From: Candidatus Gottesmanbacteria bacterium
GTDB lineage: Bacteria; Patescibacteriota; Microgenomatia; UBA10105; UBA927
Assembly: GCA_023245335.1 (NCBI GenBank)
Contig: JAHFKK010000001.1
Coordinates: 555,282 to 619,281 of the forward strand
Direction of reading: 5' to 3'
Length of the DNA stretch: 64,000 nt
The position numbers were made by a program, and so were the translations under genes. The first letter of the stretch is position 1. The number at the start of each line of letters is the position of its first letter. This document shows, piece after piece, positions 60,942 to 64,000 of this stretch. A model generated the notes under the pieces. It worked only from the letters and a program-made list of their open reading frames with translations, was not told the DNA's origin and did no database searches.

Positions 60942-62470
60942 TGAAAAAACGAGCTGTATTTCCGTGGATATGGGTTCTTGGGGTTGTTGTAGCCTCATTT
61001 CTTATCCTTTGGCCACTTTTTCATGGGGGGTTCTACGTATCGGATGATGGGGAATGGATGGTTATACGGTTATCCGCGTTTTACCAGAGTTTGGTGTCAG
61101 GTCAGTTTCCGGTGAGGTTTTTGGGCCGACTGAATAATAGCTATGGATATCCGGTTGCCAATTTCCTTTATCCGGGGTTTTTATATTTCGGATCGTTCGT
61201 GCATCTTCTGACGGGATTTTCTTTTCCCGACAGCGTCAAGTTTATACTCGGCCTGTCGGTTGCCGGAAGTGCTATTTTTATCCTTTTTGCTTTACGGCGG
61301 CGGTTTAGCCAACTTGCGAGTTTCATGGGCTCTGTGAGTTTTTTGTATGCGCCCTATCTAGCATATGATTTGTATCACCGTGGCTCGGTAGGTGAGGTGT
61401 TGGCTCTCCTTCCGGCTTCTGCCCTCATGTTTGCGGTGTCAACGGGTGCCTATTGGCTCATCCCTCCTGGCGTCGCATTGCTTATTGTGGCGCACAATAC
61501 GACTGCATTACTATTCGGTGCCTCCTTTGTCGCGATTCTTTTCTCACAACCCCGCCCATTCCGATATGCCGCACACATGCTGCTCGGTGCGGGAGTCGCG
61601 GCCTTTTTTTGGGCCCCGGCACTATTTGAAAGTTCTCTGGTGCGGTTTGATTCGGTGACCGTATCAGATCCCGCACAGTATTTTGTTTCTCTTCAGCAAG
61701 CCATACTTTTAGGAATCCCGACCATTTTAAGCGTCGCGCTCGTTCTGAGTTTACGGAATAAGCGCCGTGCGTTTGATTCAATTCTTATTGTGCTTATAGG
61801 GATAAGCTACGTCATGGCGACTCCCATAAGCGCATTCCTTTGGAAATTACCAATCCTTGTCAAAATCGTACAGTTTCCATACAGATTTTTGACTATTCCC
61901 GTCATTCTCGGACCATGGGTTATCGCGCGGGCAATGGAGGGCTTTACCTCATGGAAGCGGAACCTTCTTCTCGTGGCGTTTGTCGTTCTTTGGATAGTGC
62001 CGGTTGTATTGCAAGAGCAATCCATTGCATTTGTGAATCGGCCCTTAGGGTACTACACCACGAACGAAGGGACCACGACCGTCGCAAATGAATATATGCC
62101 GCGATGGGTTTCTGAAATTCCGAAACAGCGCTCGCTCGCGATGGTTGACGTCGTCAGCGGTGACGTAAATCTGCCGACGCGGACGTTCCAGCAGGAAACG
62201 CTTAATGCGGCTGTGGAGGTCAAAGAAGCCGGCATTGTTCAAATAAACAAAATATATTACCCCGGGTGGGGAGTCACGATTGATGGGATAAGAGTACCGA
62301 TTGATTATCAGAATTCATTCGGTCTTATGCGTATATCAGTGCCACCTGGGATACATGAGATTCACGCGTCGTTTCGTGAGACACCGGAACGATTTATCGC
62401 GGACGTCGTGAGTGTCGTGAGCGCAATATGTTATCTGGTATTTATCCGAAGGTTGACAAAAAGCGCATGA
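60938..62470 (+). CDS. GT-C-like polytopic membrane protein (YfhO-like), paralogue 1
   Basis: N-terminal DDGEWMVIRLSAFYQSLVSGQFPVRFLGRLNNSYGYPVANFLYP motif region. Many TM helices plus a C-terminal soluble domain. Confidence 0.55.
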   Translation: MMKKRAVFPWIWVLGVVVASFLILWPLFHGGFYVSDDGEWMVIRLSAFYQSLVSGQFPVRFLGRLNNSYGYPVANFLYPGFLYFGSFVHLLTGFSFPDSVKFILGLSVAGSAIFILFALRRRFSQLASFMGSVSFLYAPYLAYDLYHRGSVGEVLALLPASALMFAVSTGAYWLIPPGVALLIVAHNTTALLFGASFVAILFSQPRPFRYAAHMLLGAGVAAFFWAPALFESSLVRFDSVTVSDPAQYFVSLQQAILLGIPTILSVALVLSLRNKRRAFDSILIVLIGISYVMATPISAFLWKLPILVKIVQFPYRFLTIPVILGPWVIARAMEGFTSWKRNLLLVAFVVLWIVPVVLQEQSIAFVNRPLGYYTTNEGTTTVANEYMPRWVSEIPKQRSLAMVDVVSGDVNLPTRTFQQETLNAAVEVKEAGIVQINKIYYPGWGVTIDGIRVPIDYQNSFGLMRISVPPGIHEIHASFRETPERFIADVVSVVSAICYLVFIRRLTKSA

Positions 62471-64000
62471 AGAAGCTGTTGTCTTTATTGGCGGTATTTC
62501 TTCTTTCCTACTTTGCGGTGCGGCCGTTGCTGGCTCCCGGATATTTCCCTATGCATGACGATACGCAGGTGTCCCGCGTTATAGAGATGGGCAGGGCGCT
62601 CAAAGAAGGACAGTTTCCTGTTCGTTGGGTTGCCGATCTCGGTTACGGGTATGGATACCCGATTTTTAATTTTTATGCCCCGTTGCCCTATTATGTCGGA
62701 GGACTCTTTTATGCATTGGGAGTCCCCGCGCTCACCGCTACGAAAGTGATGTTCGGGATTGGAGTAATTCTGCCGTCGCTTCTTATGTACGCGGTATTGT
62801 ATCCCGTAGTGGGTGAATGGTCGGCCATAGCGGCATCGCTTCTGTATTTGTACGCGCCCTATCACGCGGTAGAGGTGTATGTGCGGGGTGCTGTCGGAGA
62901 ATATTGGATATTGTTGTTTTGGCCGCTTATTCTCTATGCGCTCCTTTGGAGTCACGATATAACCCGAAGGAAACGTGCGGTGACTCTCGGAACCATCGGA
63001 CTTGCCGGCAGTGTCATGTCCCATACGCTCATGGGGTATGTGACAATGTTATTTCTTTTTCTTGGTCTGGGTATTTGGTGGACGGTCCGTTTCTTTCGGA
63101 AAAGGGTTGATGCCGAAGAGTTACAGACCCACGTGCGTTGGTTTGTGTTGGGTTTAGGATTGTCGGCATTTTTTTGGTTGCCGGCGATAACAGAAATGCA
63201 GTACACCAACGTTGCGGCACAGGTCGGAAGTACGGCGAACTATCGTGATCATTTCGTTTGTCTCATACAGCTATGGAGTTCCGCGTGGGGGTTTGGTGGT
63301 TCTGCCCCCGGGTGCGCAAACGATGGATTATCTTTTATGCTGGGAAAGTTACATATAATTGCAGCCGCAATCGGTTTTTTGGGGTATATCCTCATCGGGA
63401 AGAAGTCCATAAGCAGGGTCTATGTGGTCGTGGCCCTCGTGGTTTCCGTCCTAGGAATAGTCTTCACGTTGCCGATATCAGGGCCGCTGTGGCATATGTT
63501 GCCTATGTTTTCTTATCTGCAGTATCCGTGGCGTTTTTTGTCGCTTGCGGCGTTTGGATTGTCCCTTCTCGGAGCGCTTGTCGTGGCATGTGTAGATGAT
63601 GCTCGGGGTAAGATTGCGGTCGCCGTGGTGATTGTTGTCGGCGTTATGGTTGTCAATGCGAAGTGGTTTATGCCCCAGTATCAGTACATAAAGGACAGCA
63701 GGTCGTTTGAGACGGCTGACGATATTGAGTGGCGAGCCTCCAAGATATCAGATGAATATCTCCCGGAAAATATTTCACGCCCGATGAACGCTTCAGAAGT
63801 TGTTTCTGCTACAATACGATCGGATCACCAGGTGACGGTGACGTCAGTCGTATCGACTGCTGTTGAGAAGCAATTGATCGTCGAATCGACCACGGCCGCG
63901 ACACTTACCATCAATACGGCGTCTTTCCCGGGATGGATATATCGTGTCAATGACAAAGAAGTTCATCCTGCGGTCATACACGGGTTGCCGCAATTGGATG
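62467..64000 (+). CDS. GT-C-like polytopic membrane protein (YfhO-like), paralogue 2, 3'-truncated by the window edge
   Basis: Hand translation from ATG 62467 (ATGA overlap with the upstream stop) runs open to the window end. HDDTQVSRVIEMGRALKEGQFPVRWVADLGYGYGYPIFNFYAPLPYY is homologous to the paralogue 1 N-terminus. It is absent from the ORF track only because it has no stop codon within the window. Confidence 0.6.
   Translation, partial: MKKLLSLLAVFLLSYFAVRPLLAPGYFPMHDDTQVSRVIEMGRALKEGQFPVRWVADLGYGYGYPIFNFYAPLPYYVGGLFYALGVPALTATKVMFGIGVILPSLLMYAVLYPVVGEWSAIAASLLYLYAPYHAVEVYVRGAVGEYWILLFWPLILYALLWSHDITRRKRAVTLGTIGLAGSVMSHTLMGYVTMLFLFLGLGIWWTVRFFRKRVDAEELQTHVRWFVLGLGLSAFFWLPAITEMQYTNVAAQVGSTANYRDHFVCLIQLWSSAWGFGGSAPGCANDGLSFMLGKLHIIAAAIGFLGYILIGKKSISRVYVVVALVVSVLGIVFTLPISGPLWHMLPMFSYLQYPWRFLSLAAFGLSLLGALVVACVDDARGKIAVAVVIVVGVMVVNAKWFMPQYQYIKDSRSFETADDIEWRASKISDEYLPENISRPMNASEVVSATIRSDHQVTVTSVVSTAVEKQLIVESTTAATLTINTASFPGWIYRVNDKEVHPAVIHGLPQLD

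Noticed and set aside
1-64000. CRISPR arrays, transposases, integrases, prophage genes, rRNA
   Set aside because: I looked for regularly spaced short direct repeats and for recombinase or transposase motifs on both strands. None were found. The only repeats are the synonymous 87-bp duplicate and the local hairpins listed above.

Overview
This window reads as a compact bacterial chromosome segment (about 50% GC, many 4-nt ATGA/TAATG start-stop overlaps, weak Shine-Dalgarno sites) with a reduced-genome flavour, possibly Gram-positive-like or CPR-like. It carries mostly housekeeping and cell-envelope genes. In order, the window holds a ferredoxin plus 2-oxoacid:ferredoxin oxidoreductase (korAB); lon behind a CIRCE/HrcA operator; a DEAD-box helicase; an orphan SAM methyltransferase; csp; obg; tRNA-Glu(CUC) beside a small low-GC islet of mini membrane proteins; greA; a + strand operon lysS(fused to a PTH2/DUF2000-like domain)-HD hydrolase-rdgB-serS-spermidine-synthase-like-secA; two DsbA-like thioredoxin proteins, one of which looks circularly permuted; a P2-type ATPase; a macAB-like efflux operon; a membrane-anchored MsrB; ruvCAB; a zur-znuACB operon with a candidate Zur box; prfB with no programmed frameshift; ftsEX followed by a coiled-coil protein with a C39-like papain-fold peptidase domain (an analogue of PcsB/EnvC/CwlO); tsaE-tsaC-truncated tsaB; and a large glycosylation cluster running to the window edge (rmlA-like, rfbB, rfbD, ugd, an SDR, a GT2-GtrA fusion, several GT-C membrane glycosyltransferases, a SemiSWEET). 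No transposase, integrase, CRISPR array or rRNA is present. The candidates for undescribed biology are listed in the findings.
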